Below are positions 12,283 through 23,750 of a stretch of DNA of 32,785 nt, in pieces. The notes beneath the pieces were generated by a model. It worked only from the letters and a program-made list of their open reading frames with translations, did no database searches and had not been told where the DNA came from. The DNA comes from Basidiobolus ranarum (Eukaryota). Position numbers and translations under genes: made by a program. Every line of letters begins with the position of its first letter. Position 1 is the stretch's first letter. The DNA lies in assembly GCA_040143965.1 (NCBI GenBank), contig JASJQH010006955.1, positions 1-32,785 on the forward strand, written 5' to 3'.

Positions 12283-13834
12283 TTAACGTTTCTTTTGTTC
12301 TTGACGGTATTTACTATTGGTTCGTGACCAATAAAACTCAAGGAAATCCCGTTTGTCCAAAACTCCAAGGTTCACCTTTCGAAGACGTGCAACTTGTGAA
12401 AATAAGGAATTGATTTTTAACGATGCTGCTTCTTCGTTCGATGACCCAGAGGCTTCTACGGTGTCAGTCAAAGAAGCATCAGCTGGGTTGAGTCTTTTGA
12501 CAGTTAAACTGTTATTGTACTGTTGTGAAGTGATTATCATTAGCAAGGACTACGTAAACCATAGTAGAATCACCATTCTAAATACCTGTGAGCATAATCT
12601 AAAAAAATGGAAGAGGCGACTTCCAACAGTGTATACAGGTGCATAATCCTCATATACGTATCTAAAGAGAATTTCAATTACTATGAGACCTCCATGGTAG
12701 CAACATGATGTTTATAATGAAACTCACTTCAATGCCACTATGTGGATGCGAATCTTTTGAATATCCAGTCCGTCAAATATGGAGGTGAATTTAAGTAGCG
12801 CTCTACCATTCGATGTTGTTCCCTAGCAAACTTGATATAAATACAGAGATCCAATTGACATGTTCTCAGCGGTTAATTTACCTCAGGAAAGACAACAAGA
12901 GGTCCCCGACCCTGTTCTTTGGCAATATCACACAACTCGCTCAAAGTATATGTTTGCACTTTGGATTTAGGTTCTATCTCTGGATAAGTACCACATTCCT
13001 TCAAAGCTGACCAAAAAGAGAGGGGTCTAACTACGGACTTTGAAGAATAAATTTGTGTAAAAACCGGATCATAACTAAGAAAACAATTAACGACTGATCC
13101 ATACGTTGCCAAGATTAACCAACAACAATTTACCGGAAATAAAGATAGATAATATCAATGTAAGACGTATGATTTGCAACGATAATATCACCCGACTTTA
13201 CGCCTGTGTCAGTAGTTTTTTTACGAGTAGCACCTTGGCCACGTCTTTGAAGAAAGAAGGATTAGCTTATGTAGACAAGAAAGAAGCTTAGGAATCAAGA
13301 GAGTAAAATACAAACCCTTTTCTAATCGAACTCAACTCTGAGCTGATCCAATAAAACCCAGTAAATAGTAAAAGTAATCGGCTGAAAGGGGATATCAATA
13401 CTCGTCGAAACTGACGTCTTAAATGGCCATTTGGGACCTGTAACAAAAACAATCCGTTTTAGATACCTTACTAAAGTTAAATAAACAGTGGATAAAGCCA
13501 TATTTACAAAGTTGAGGCAGAACTCAAACAATGCGATCAATAAAGAGCAAAGGAGAATTCCCACAAGCCTGACACCAAAGATGAGCGGTCCAAGTAAATA
13601 ATCCTTCAAAGTTTTGTGCAAGGTTATAAGAGGATTGGCTTCCGTTCTCAGAGGCTATGTTAAAGTTAGAAAGATTCCCAAGTTTATAGTAGTATAAAAA
13701 CATCAAAGTACCACAGGTGGAAGGAAAGGTTGAATTCCGGTACTCGCATCCTAATTCCAAAAGTTAATTGGAGATATTCTGTAAATAAGGCTTAAAGATG
13801 TGACACTTACTCTCCAACGTGAATATTTCTCCAT
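12283..13834 (-). CDS. LOA1: Lysophosphatidic acid acyltransferase LOA1/VPS66 family (multi-exon)
   Basis: N-terminus MEKYSRWR/DASTGIQPFLPPV, acyltransferase motif GPLVVFPE/GTTSNGRALLKF, and C-terminus ARLRKVNLGVLDKRDFLEFYW. Confidence 0.85.
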
Positions 13835-14389
13835 GATGACTTGGAGGAAGTGACTTTATCAATTTAGTTGGTTAAAGGACAACCCACTGGGCTAGTAAAT
13901 AATCAGAATAAAATATGATGCAGAAAGGTATTAGTTGATGAGGACATGTTGGCAGTGTTTTTTCCATAAATCGAGAAATCATTTTGTTATCAATCTAAAT
14001 ATACTTGTATGAGTAGATTTATTTAAGTAAAATCCATTGCTTGATTATTAGAGGTTATGTAAAGGTAAATTATACGGTGGTAGTATGTACGTAAGATCAA
14101 CTAGATACGAAGGGGAAGTGACATGTTTGTGAAGGCAAAGATAAACTAGGCCGTATATAAAACCATGGCATACTAATATATATTTTGGCTGCCAAGTGGA
14201 CAAAGGAACGTGACGTGAGCTATATTCGAAACAGGAAAAGCGAAGGGAGAGAAATCTTACAAAATAAGGCTTAAATACGTAGCATATCAAATGGAACGAA
14301 CTAGAGTGCGTTACTATTAATACATGAGGAGTGTAAAGTAATATATCAGAAGGCAGATAATATGTGGGCTATCGTGCTATACAGTGGAG

Positions 14390-14680
14390 CTAATTTCCAT
14401 TGCGGTCAAGCATGTAGTAAGCAGCTGCTCCACCAGCATATCCACCACCGCACATTGCAATAGCAAGACCTGCATTGAAATCATTCTTTGGCTTGGAGTC
14501 ACTCAATCCACGACGGTGACGAGTGATGCGGCTTGTGGCAGTAAGTTCTTTGACATGATTAACATCAGAAGAATTTAGGTGTAGTGACTTTGTATGCTCC
14601 ATTATGTGACCTCCATTCTCACCGAAGCTCAGTCTCTTTGGTGCGGAGGTAAGGATATTCTGAACGAACCAAGCAGCCAT
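14390..14680 (-). CDS. Small hypothetical protein (96 aa) with a Gly/Ala-rich hydrophobic C-terminal segment
   Basis: ATG-initiated intronless ORF in a good context (ACAACATGG). The C-terminal AGLAIAMCGGGYAGGAAAYYML could be a tail anchor. No family recognised. Confidence 0.55.
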   Translation of the reverse strand: MAAWFVQNILTSAPKRLSFGENGGHIMEHTKSLHLNSSDVNHVKELTATSRITRHRRGLSDSKPKNDFNAGLAIAMCGGGYAGGAAAYYMLDRNGN

Positions 14681-15024
14681 GTTGTAAACAATTAACGATG
14701 ATGATTCTAAAGCGATAGTTGATATGATTTAGAGGACGGGAATTTTTCTCAAAAAAATCAGGAACTGGAGGTTTTATAGTGAGTGGAAATGCTGTGCGAT
14801 TGGAATATCCAGTCCAATATGATGAAGATTGTCCGAGACCTTATTGCACCTTGTCCTAGTCCACCTGATCCAACAATGATTTTAATTACCTATTGATACG
14901 AAGATAGCGTAGAGTTGGATATGAAGATAGTAGCGTTGTATGACCCAACCCAACGATGTTCCCACCGCCGGAAAATCTACACTCCTTGGACTTCTAGAAC
15001 GGGCCATCATGTGCATATGTGGGG

Positions 15025-15039
15025 TAACCCTAACCCTAA
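15025..15039 (+). repeat. Interstitial telomeric-type repeat TAACCCTAACCCTAA
   Basis: 2.5 perfect copies of the TTAGGG complement in the intergenic region between divergent genes at 14680 and 15519. Confidence 0.7.
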
Positions 15040-15518
15040 TCACATGCTCAATATGCGTTTCATTCAAATATATGCACTTCAAACTATATACATTTACTGA
15101 AATTGCCTTTACAATCATTTCGATCAAAACCCTGTCACAATCGAAACTGGCGTGTATCATGTGCAATCACCAACAAAGGTACTTGAATGCTGAGATAATG
15201 TGTCACCCGCATGCTTCGTTAGCAACTACAAAACTCATGTCTGAGGTTTGCTTGCCTCTGCCATTCCCAACTGTTCCATCACCTTAATAGAAATTGGCAT
15301 ATTCCATGCCATCCACTATTCATCATCCACTATCCACTATTGGATCAAATTAGTAATCATGTCAATGGCAATTAGAGCATTATTGACGTCGTTGGTAATG
15401 AGGTAAATTCGATGGTTTTATTCGATTTTAAAATTTTCATTCAGCCATGATTCACGAGGTCAGTAACGATATTCAAGACTTCAGTTGTCGTCTGTGAAAG
15501 CAAACTTTAATAAACCCA

Positions 15519-16633
15519 ATGAATTATCCTGACTCTCATCTTACTAATATACAACATGACCCTGGCTTAGTCGAGGAATCGAACGAGCATACAATCCGTT
15601 TTGACCCAAATATGACCAGTGTATCGCATCAGATAAACCAACTTGTCGGTGAATTTCAGACAAACGTATTATCTCAACTAGCTTTGGAGTTTCAAACTAT
15701 ACACGAGCGCCTAGATGCAATAGAGGAAAGAGTCACTACTCTTGGGAATATTTCTGCCAATAGAAGTGTTCAAACAAGACTCGTGAACATCGAAAATCAA
15801 TTGAATGAATTCTCGGTTACCTCACCTACCTTACGAGATTTGCTTCCGAAAAACCAGATCGTTCAGTCAAAAGAGGAAACTCCTACTACTTTTCTTCAAG
15901 CATCCTTAAATCAGACACAAGCAAATACAAATACACAGTTTCAATTGAGTCAATTGGCAAATACTCACCTTTATTCTTCTTCGGGACCCTCTGACTCGAA
16001 TGAACAAACTCAGATTGGAATACATGGTCAAAGTTCCTCACTGATCCCAATCATATCCGACGGAGTTCGAGATGTCCCAGTTTCACAACTTCCTACTGAA
16101 GAAAATGCCAAAGTCAAGGTGCTATTAAGACACTTTGCATCTAAGGCAATGTCATATATCGAAGATAACCCCTCTCTATATACAAATGTAAACAATAATT
16201 TCGGAGGTAAGAATTCGACCTTCTTGTAATAGTGAGAAGGCGATTTATTAAGTCATGCGGTTTTCTATCTTCCTTCAGCTTATATGCTAATGAGTTTCGT
16301 CTCCTCTCCCCCTGGTTTATAGCTATTTCCACTTTGAAAAAGATTCACTTGTATGATTCACCAGCTTGGGATGAGTTTGTAAAGTTGAATTTTCCTTACG
16401 TTTCCAAAACCGATCTAAAAAGTGAGCTTATAAAAATCCTGAGTGTTAAGGTCAAAAATACCAAGGCTCGATTCAAAAAGGTAAATATATACTCATTTCG
16501 TAGAAGGAACTTAGTGGAGCTAACTAGTATTGCAAATTCTATTTAGAGAACTTCAATGAGTACAGAGACAAATGACCTTCAGCAACTACGACTACAACCT
16601 CATGAACTTCCGGGTGAAATTCAAGAGGCTTAG
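15519..16633 (+). CDS. Hypothetical protein: N-terminal coiled coil, Q/S/N-rich linker, basic helical C-terminal domain (exons 15519..16207, 16323..16480, 16547..16633)
   Basis: ORFs 15519..16229 and 16232..16546 join through GT-AG introns with branch-like GCTAAT/GCTAAC. Heptad segment FQTIHERLDAIEERVTTL; C-terminal EFVKLNFPYVSKTDLKSELIKILSVKVKNTKARFKKR. Confidence 0.7.
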
Positions 16634-17635
16634 GAATGCGGATTTTATCCTAATACATTCTGATCTTCTGACTATACAGAATCTACAGAGCTCTCACTTT
16701 ACGCAGCATGGCAGAGGACATTCTCCAGACTGAACTGAGAATATAATTCTAATAACTGCTACACCTTGATAATAACCATCTGTGTTATAATTTCAACAAT
16801 CAGCACGTAGTAACACCCAGTCAACTGATTCTTATCAACTAAGTGAGACATATCCTAGTCCAAGCTTTAGAGTAACTCCATTTGAATAGAATGAACTACC
16901 ATTCCGATTTTTCTTTACACACTCGTTCTCATCTCATAAAGTAGAAAATGTCTAGATTAACCTTGCATCCAAGTACTCAACTCACCTCACAAAATTAATG
17001 AACTTCTAGAATCAACTTATTTACCTTCCGCTCATTCGAATCCATTCCATACATATATTCCCGTTAGATTATTCCTATGTTAAATTGCTAGCTTATTTCA
17101 TATCGATGTTGATACACTTCAAACATAAAAGAAACACACATTCCAGAGAATTCGTTTCTCTTCGTCTATTTTACTTCTCCATTGTAGTTAAATTTACCTT
17201 TCTATCTTGCGTTAGATTCTTGATTTTTCTCTGAGTAGGAAATCCAATCCTCTGATTCACCCATTTTATTGTGTATATGAAGTATGGCTCGAACTTGATG
17301 CTACTACACAAACGGTGAAAGCTAAAATGTCAATGAGATACAAAGAGGTGGTCAAGGTTTCCTAGAAAAGATGATCCCTCCTTGGTTATAGTGTGGCATG
17401 CGATGATTCCCGAGAGAGGTGGGAGATGGAAGAAATGAAATGGAATCTGTTGTCTTCTTGGAATGCTGGGCTATTTTGCTTTATGTTACAGAGGGGTGAT
17501 GAAAGAAAAAGGTGTGCAATAACAGAAACAAGTGTTTGTGAAGGTATAGATAATGAATAAAAAGGAAACAGTTGTAAACCCATCTAATTCTAAGTAAAAT
17601 AAACAACTCTATTATTAGGGAGTTTGAAGAGTGAT

Positions 17636-20020
17636 TCAATGGGAAATCTGCTTGAGTTTTGGCAAGGAATGTGATGTATTAGCCTTCGTCTCCATAGAAT
17701 TCAAGATCTCTTCAATACCTTCTATATCGTGATGCGCATGAAGAATTTCAATATAGGTCTTGCGAACATAGACATTGTTTCCTAATCCGCATTCTTGAAT
17801 ATGGCGCCAAACATCTTTAGCCGTTGATAAATTATTTGCGACCTGCTTATATTTAAGGAGTTGGCAAGCATTTCGAGAGTTCGGTTGTACGCCATCTTTA
17901 AGCAAACGATTCCATACGCTTAGAAAATCTCCGTCTTTCTCATTCTGCCGATCCAGCTTCAATAGAACCCCTAATGTGGCGGGGGTCGGAGTAACCTTTT
18001 GATCGACCATCTCTTGATATAGTTTATATGCTCCTTCACCATCCCCATTTTCTACGTAAGCATTAATCAGCGAAGTGAAAGCATATGCGTCTGCTCGGTA
18101 ATCGCAGCTCTTGATTTCTTCATAAACCTCTATTGCCGCCTGTAAATCTCCATAATAACCAAACGATTTCATCAGCAAAGAATAAACATGGCCGTCAGGT
18201 ATGATGCCCTTTGACTTCATGTGGTTGTAAATATCCTTAGCCTGTACCATTTCTCCTTTGGCACAATATGCTTTTAGCAAAGAAGTATATGTAACTACGT
18301 TAGGCTCCAACCCTCGTGCTTTCATCGTCATGTACATTTTTGTGGCTTGATGTATATGGCCCTCGCGTGAATATACATGGATTAGAGTAGAATATATGGT
18401 TGTATCAGGAGTAAGCCCCAAAGCTACCATTTTCTTGTAGGCCAACTCTGCCTCGGGGATTTTCTTGGATATGCAGATCAAGGATGTGAAATACTCGATA
18501 GTCGGCTTGTATCCATCCGCCAACATTCGTTCTAGTACAGAGTAGGCGGAGTGATAATCATATTGATTGATGAATCCAAAATACAAGATGGAAAAAGTCA
18601 CCTCGTTCGGCGTCAGTCCAAGAGATATCATCTTTTCAAAAATACGATACACCTTTGCTGAAGATTCGGTACGAAACATTCCACTAATAATTGTGTTGAA
18701 CGTATAAACATCGGGGGTAATCTTCGAAGCATCCATGTTACAAAAGATCTCGTCCGCAACCTGGGCATTGTTCACCCGGAAGTAGCTATCCATTAAAGCA
18801 GTATACACAAACCGATTAGGTTCGATCCCTAGATCAATCATATCTTTGAATACCGTCATCGCCATATTCAAGTCCATTCGGTTGGAAAACCATTTGATCA
18901 AGTAGCTGAAGATCCAAATATCCGGAATCTCTTTGGTTCGAACAATGGATTCGTGAATCTTGGTATACATATCCTTCACTCCCTCTACGTTGTCGATGTT
19001 AGAAAATCCTTTTGCCAGCGCAGCAAAGATACCCGGACTTCCATTTACTCGGTCCGCCCTCATCTCATGGTAAAAGCTGAGAGCAAGCTCCATATCGCCA
19101 CGTTTGACTGTTGATATTATAAGCGATGAATATGTTTGTGTGCTTGGCCTTACGCCAAAAGATTTCATTTTACGAAAAAAATCCTCTGCGGCAGAAAAGT
19201 CCCCGCTATTGATGTAAGCATTTATAATCGTAGTAAAAGTCACGACGTTGGGTTTGACTCCGTCGCTAAGCATACGCTCGAATATCCTTGCTACTCTTTC
19301 CGTATCCCCCGCATGTCCAAAAATATTCATCACAATGGTGTAAGTATGGGTGCTTGGCTCATGGCCCTCCATGATCATTTTATCATAATATTCGATCACT
19401 CCTTTGAAATCCTGTTTCAAGCCTAGTGCGTAAAGAATATGGTCATAGGTTATAGTAGTCGTTGGTATTTTTAACGTTAGCATTTCTTCATATGTTTTGA
19501 TCAATAGGTCCCATTTCTTATATCTTCCGAGAAAGTAAAGTAGCCAGTTGTATTCTGATGAGCTAGGTTTGTTTTTAGAATTCGTAGTTTCGTTGATAAC
19601 TCGTAGGGCTTTTGCCCACGCTGTAGGTGAATGACTCTCTTTGAGGGAATGAAAGATCGTCCTCAAGTCAAGTCGAGATAGACTGTCTAGTTGACGAGAT
19701 TCATAAGCTAAACAATACGTACGCCATACTTGTTCGTATTTTTTCTCTGAATAGCACTGACGTAATTCTTTCTGATAAATGTTTAAAAGTATCTCCTTTT
19801 TTGCTATGGGCTTGATTGGGGGTTGAGCGAAGAGAGCTTTCAAAGGTTTAATTATAGGTCGAAAGGCATCGTTCACAGTAGAAAATTGGAACGACTTCAA
19901 AGGGAAACTTCGATTCTTCTTGAGGGATGTCAATAGTAGGCTGTGATATAAAAGGTAGCTACTATGCTTTGACGACCGGTGTAGTACTGGTCTCACGAAA
20001 GCAACATTTTGAAAAGGCAT
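17636..20020 (-). CDS. P-type pentatricopeptide repeat (PPR) protein, probably mitochondrial, intronless
   Basis: 794-aa ORF with about 15-17 tandem 35-aa repeats (e.g. VVTYTSLLKAYCAKGEMVQAKDIYNHMKSKGIIPD) and a basic, acid-poor N-terminus resembling a presequence. Confidence 0.95.
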   Translation of the reverse strand: MPFQNVAFVRPVLHRSSKHSSYLLYHSLLLTSLKKNRSFPLKSFQFSTVNDAFRPIIKPLKALFAQPPIKPIAKKEILLNIYQKELRQCYSEKKYEQVWRTYCLAYESRQLDSLSRLDLRTIFHSLKESHSPTAWAKALRVINETTNSKNKPSSSEYNWLLYFLGRYKKWDLLIKTYEEMLTLKIPTTTITYDHILYALGLKQDFKGVIEYYDKMIMEGHEPSTHTYTIVMNIFGHAGDTERVARIFERMLSDGVKPNVVTFTTIINAYINSGDFSAAEDFFRKMKSFGVRPSTQTYSSLIISTVKRGDMELALSFYHEMRADRVNGSPGIFAALAKGFSNIDNVEGVKDMYTKIHESIVRTKEIPDIWIFSYLIKWFSNRMDLNMAMTVFKDMIDLGIEPNRFVYTALMDSYFRVNNAQVADEIFCNMDASKITPDVYTFNTIISGMFRTESSAKVYRIFEKMISLGLTPNEVTFSILYFGFINQYDYHSAYSVLERMLADGYKPTIEYFTSLICISKKIPEAELAYKKMVALGLTPDTTIYSTLIHVYSREGHIHQATKMYMTMKARGLEPNVVTYTSLLKAYCAKGEMVQAKDIYNHMKSKGIIPDGHVYSLLMKSFGYYGDLQAAIEVYEEIKSCDYRADAYAFTSLINAYVENGDGEGAYKLYQEMVDQKVTPTPATLGVLLKLDRQNEKDGDFLSVWNRLLKDGVQPNSRNACQLLKYKQVANNLSTAKDVWRHIQECGLGNNVYVRKTYIEILHAHHDIEGIEEILNSMETKANTSHSLPKLKQISH

Positions 20021-20470
20021 ACCAAATATATGCCTCCCTTATGGTATGGATCACTATACTTTATGCTCGACAGTGTTCTTAAGAGAAAGAGAAAAGATCA
20101 ATCTGTAATATACAAATGGCTTAGGTTTCCATTTACTTGATCTATTACATTAAACTTGACACTCAATTTTTCTGGGGAAAGATGAATGAGATTTTTTCAG
20201 CTGGTCAAAATCTAAGATTTTCTGTTCAGTATCATTGTATGCGCTTGGGATATAGTCACTTATTACTACTGATTTCTAACTACCCCAGATACATACTCTC
20301 GCATTCATGGTACAAAAGTTATACAACATCAATTATATTTGTCAAGATAGTTCAGCGATCACATACTATATTGAAATATTCGTATAAGTTAATTACTTTG
20401 ATTAGTTAGTAAGCATATTTTGAAGGAAGCCGTCGCATTGCCACATAACATCAAAATTGAAAGAATTTAA

Positions 20471-20476
20471 ACGCGT
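20471..20476. promoter_or_regulatory. Possible MCB (ACGCGT) G1/S element in the PPR/TBF1 divergent promoter
   Basis: Single exact ACGCGT, with a CCAAT about 20 bp downstream. A lone 6-mer is weak evidence. Confidence 0.3.
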
Positions 20477-20547
20477 TCATCTGCTTATTAAGGGCCAATC
20501 AAATTGAAAAGAACCAAGTATTTATACTACCCTGATGATTGGATCTC

Positions 20548-20628
20548 AAACCCTAACCCTCTGTCAACACGGCGGCCACCCCTAAGCCCTAAACTAAAAA
20601 CATTTCCAAACCAAACCCTGAACCCTAA
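20548..20628 (+). promoter_or_regulatory. Cluster of telomeric CCCTAA (telo-box-like) motifs upstream of the Tbf1-like gene
   Basis: Exact CCCTAA at 20551, 20580, 20587 and 20623, plus near matches (AACCCT at 20555, CCCTGA at 20616). All are in the same orientation, 80-160 bp before ATG 20708. Confidence 0.7.
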
Positions 20629-20707
20629 TTCTCTCCGCTGAACGCCTAGCTTGATAGATTTTGGCGTTTTGTACCTTTATCAGTAGTAACTTGAAGTCTT
20701 CGAAAAA

Positions 20708-23137
20708 ATGGCAAGAACAAAGAAGAGAGTTTTAAAAAAAGGACAACCAGTCGACACAAAAAACGCGACGAAAACCTCTCAAATAACCGAAAAAGAGGTC
20801 ACGCCAACTGTTGAAACAGCACCACCAAGTAGTGAAGATTCTGAGTATATTATCCCTGATACACTGTCTACAGAAGAAGAGTTTGTTGAACTATTTGACG
20901 AGCGCGAAACTGCAGGATTCATCGATGAGGTTCTTCGTAGCGACAAGAAAGAGAAACAAATGCTTGAAAATTTGAGCGAATTGGAGTGGTTAATAGCGGA
21001 TTTATTTGCCCACAAAGTCCTGGACAACGTTTTATTATCAGGAGATAACCCGTTAAATGTGCCGGAGAGTGAACATATGAATGAGGCCAAGAAGTATTGG
21101 AAAGATCTTCAAGGTAATTGATATTTTATCTTATAATATACTTTTAACGTTTTATCTGAAATCATTATATTACTCTTTTGTGAATAGCTCTTCTTAAACA
21201 TCACGATATAATCGACCTTTCTGAATTATCGCGCAGTGTTATGAATTCCTCTGATGCCAACGAATATAAAGATATTCTTTTACGCATATTAATGGCCAGT
21301 TTGTGCCAGACTCATTTTGAAGATGAGAATAATCCCGAGAAGATATATAGTATGCTTCTTAATATTTGTGAAGTACTTTTACCTTGCATCTTGTCGCAAA
21401 ATACTACCTTTGACATATGCTTGGTGAGATTCTGGATTGATTTGAAGACTCAAGTAGGTGTTAATCACATGATTATAGTTTAATGATATGATCTGACTCG
21501 ATATACATCAGGCGATTGTTTATGGTAAACACCAGGGAGAGGATGGGGCTGAATTAGTCGAAAAGCATTATGGTGAAGGTAGTGATCATTTGTTTGATCA
21601 TATACACTTTGGCCCGTCAGAAAGCAGTTCCCGAATAGAGAAAGAAAAGCGTTTATATAATAAGATGGTTTCAGTCAGAGCGGAAAGGGTATGTTGAATG
21701 TTGACCTAGAAGTGAATTTTTCAGTTCAAATCACTAACGTTGGTATTTGCAAAGTATACGAATTTTTCTGTCGAAGAACAATCGAACGAACTACCTTGGA
21801 TCAGATTTTTACGCGTTGTACGTAGTTTCGTGAGCCGAAGCATTAGTCAATTGCCTACACCCAAGCTGCTAAAAGTATATTGAAATATTGATGATTTTAT
21901 GGAAGCCAGAGATTGACTTTTCTCTTTTAGAGTATTACCGAGAGTAATCCCACTTCCGAGCAAATACCTTCTGGACCTGATGCTCAGGAGATTATTCCCA
22001 GCAAACCCGTTGAAGTAACTAAAGAGCAAGAGTAGGCAACGTTGGTCATTTCAAATGCTTGATAGTCTTCTAACTGATATTCCAATTTAGTATTCCTATT
22101 GTTGTACATGCTCACATGGTAAAAGAATTAGAAGCTATGGGAACCAAAGAACTTGCTACAGAAATCGAACATCTTGAGCCAATTTTCAATGTGGCTTTGC
22201 CCTCCACTTCCGAAAAGAATGGAATCCTGAAAATCAAGCCATCCAAAAATACACAAAAGTCTGTTCAATTCCAAGAGAGCAGTCCTATGAGGTGAATGTT
22301 TCTTGCCTTTAAACACATCTCACAATTTATTTAACACTGATTTTTGTATCTAGTCACGGAAATGGCTCTATTATTCAATCGAGCCAAACTCTTGCTAATA
22401 ATAATGAAACCCCTGAAAAGGCCAGTTCTGAATCCAAGTTTGTAGCATTTTGTAATATTGTTATCGAGTTCACATCTGACATCTGAATACTTGTAGTGTA
22501 CACACTCAAGATCCACTCACACACAGTCGTTCTCAAGGTGAATTGATGGCAGAGATGGATAATAACCAGGAGGCTGAGAAGAAGAGGTAAATTCAATTTC
22601 TCCGTGGATTGGTCAGTTTTTACATGATAAGTTAACACTTCGTCTAGAAAACGGTACATTCATGAGAGCTCTGGTACTGGTGTCAGAGTTCGTTGGAGTA
22701 CGCCTCCATCAGATTTTGAGGAAGAGGAACCAAGAGCAACTGACAAAGCAGTTAAATTCAAGTTAGATAGTATCGAGGCTCCAAGTGAAAAGAAAAGAAA
22801 ATTGGACGCTGTTAGCTCTGCTCCAACGACCAATATTCCCGTGATATATTCTGAACAAAAGGAGGCTCCTCGTGAACGAGAGCACTCCAGCAGTAGACGT
22901 AAAGCCAAAGGTAAGGCACCTTGGACACAGGATGAGTTAGATGCTCTTTACGAAGGAATGCGTATGTTTGGGACTGCTTGGTCTACCGTTTTAAGCCATT
23001 TTGGTGAGAAGGGGGTTATTGACCAGCGTTTACGTGGACGTACTCAGGTACAACTGAAGGATAAGGCACGAAATGAACGGAGACGTCGCGAAAAAGTTGG
23101 TTTACCCTTGGATGTATTTGAAGAGGCGTGTATTTAG
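20708..23137 (+). CDS. TBF1: Tbf1/TRF-family telomeric-repeat-binding Myb protein (multi-exon)
   Basis: TRF-like region FWIDLKTQ/AIVY and ELPWIRFLRVVRSFV. C-terminal telobox Myb PWTQDELDALYEGMRMFGTAWSTVLSHFGEKG...LRGRTQVQLKDKARN. Confidence 0.85.
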
Positions 23138-23750
23138 GTTTCTTTAACAACTTTATCATTTTGCTTGTAAATAAATCCTTTTTCACTTTTTCCCTGTCCC
23201 TCTCTCGTTGCAATGACGAAGTTGAATTGCGAAGTTCTAAAATTTAATCTCATATATCGAAATACTATTTCCCTATTCTAAAACTATAATATCCAAAATG
23301 TTGAAATACTTCTCATGAATTATAATTTAATCCTTATCACTGATTGATTAGCTAAAGATCCTTGAATATACCCAGTAAACAAACCTTATACTGGCCAATG
23401 AATAGATTCAGTCAGTCGATTAGATAGCCGCAGCTTCTCCAATTGACGCGATTGCCTTCAAGGTGGTGAGTCTTTGGTTTCATCGAGTTTGGAGTGTAAA
23501 GCAATCTACGATATAATATATAAAAGTGAACCCAATAATGATCAGGTGATGTTTGGTTCTATACGTGACTTACCAGAGGCGTAGGTTCAACCAAAAACCA
23601 GAAAGTCAGGGAATATTCTTGGCATTCATTCACATCCTCAGGGGAACTTGAGATTTCGTACTACCACCAATAACACTTCACATAAATAGCACATAAATAG
23701 CATAAAAAAGAAGTCCATCTGGACTGCGATAATTCTTAATTTTGTAAAGG

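Noticed and set aside
14882-15287. Overlapping ORFs 14882..15166, 14915..15100 and 14940..15287
   Set aside because: No recognisable motifs, mutually overlapping, and atypical composition; probably non-coding.
15310-15341. ATCCACTAT x3 short repeat
   Set aside because: Low-complexity micro-duplication with no spacer structure; not a CRISPR array.
20548-20628. True telomere or chromosome-fusion scar
   Set aside because: The repeats are few, spaced, single-orientation and sit in a promoter between intact genes.
20533-20641. C/D snoRNA (TGATGA ... CTGA) spanning the CCCTAA cluster
   Set aside because: No terminal stem and no recognisable rRNA-complementary guide. The boxes are short and common.
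23678-23706. CACATAAATAG tandem duplication upstream of ATG15
   Set aside because: Simple slippage duplication of a TATA-like AT-rich word; not informative.
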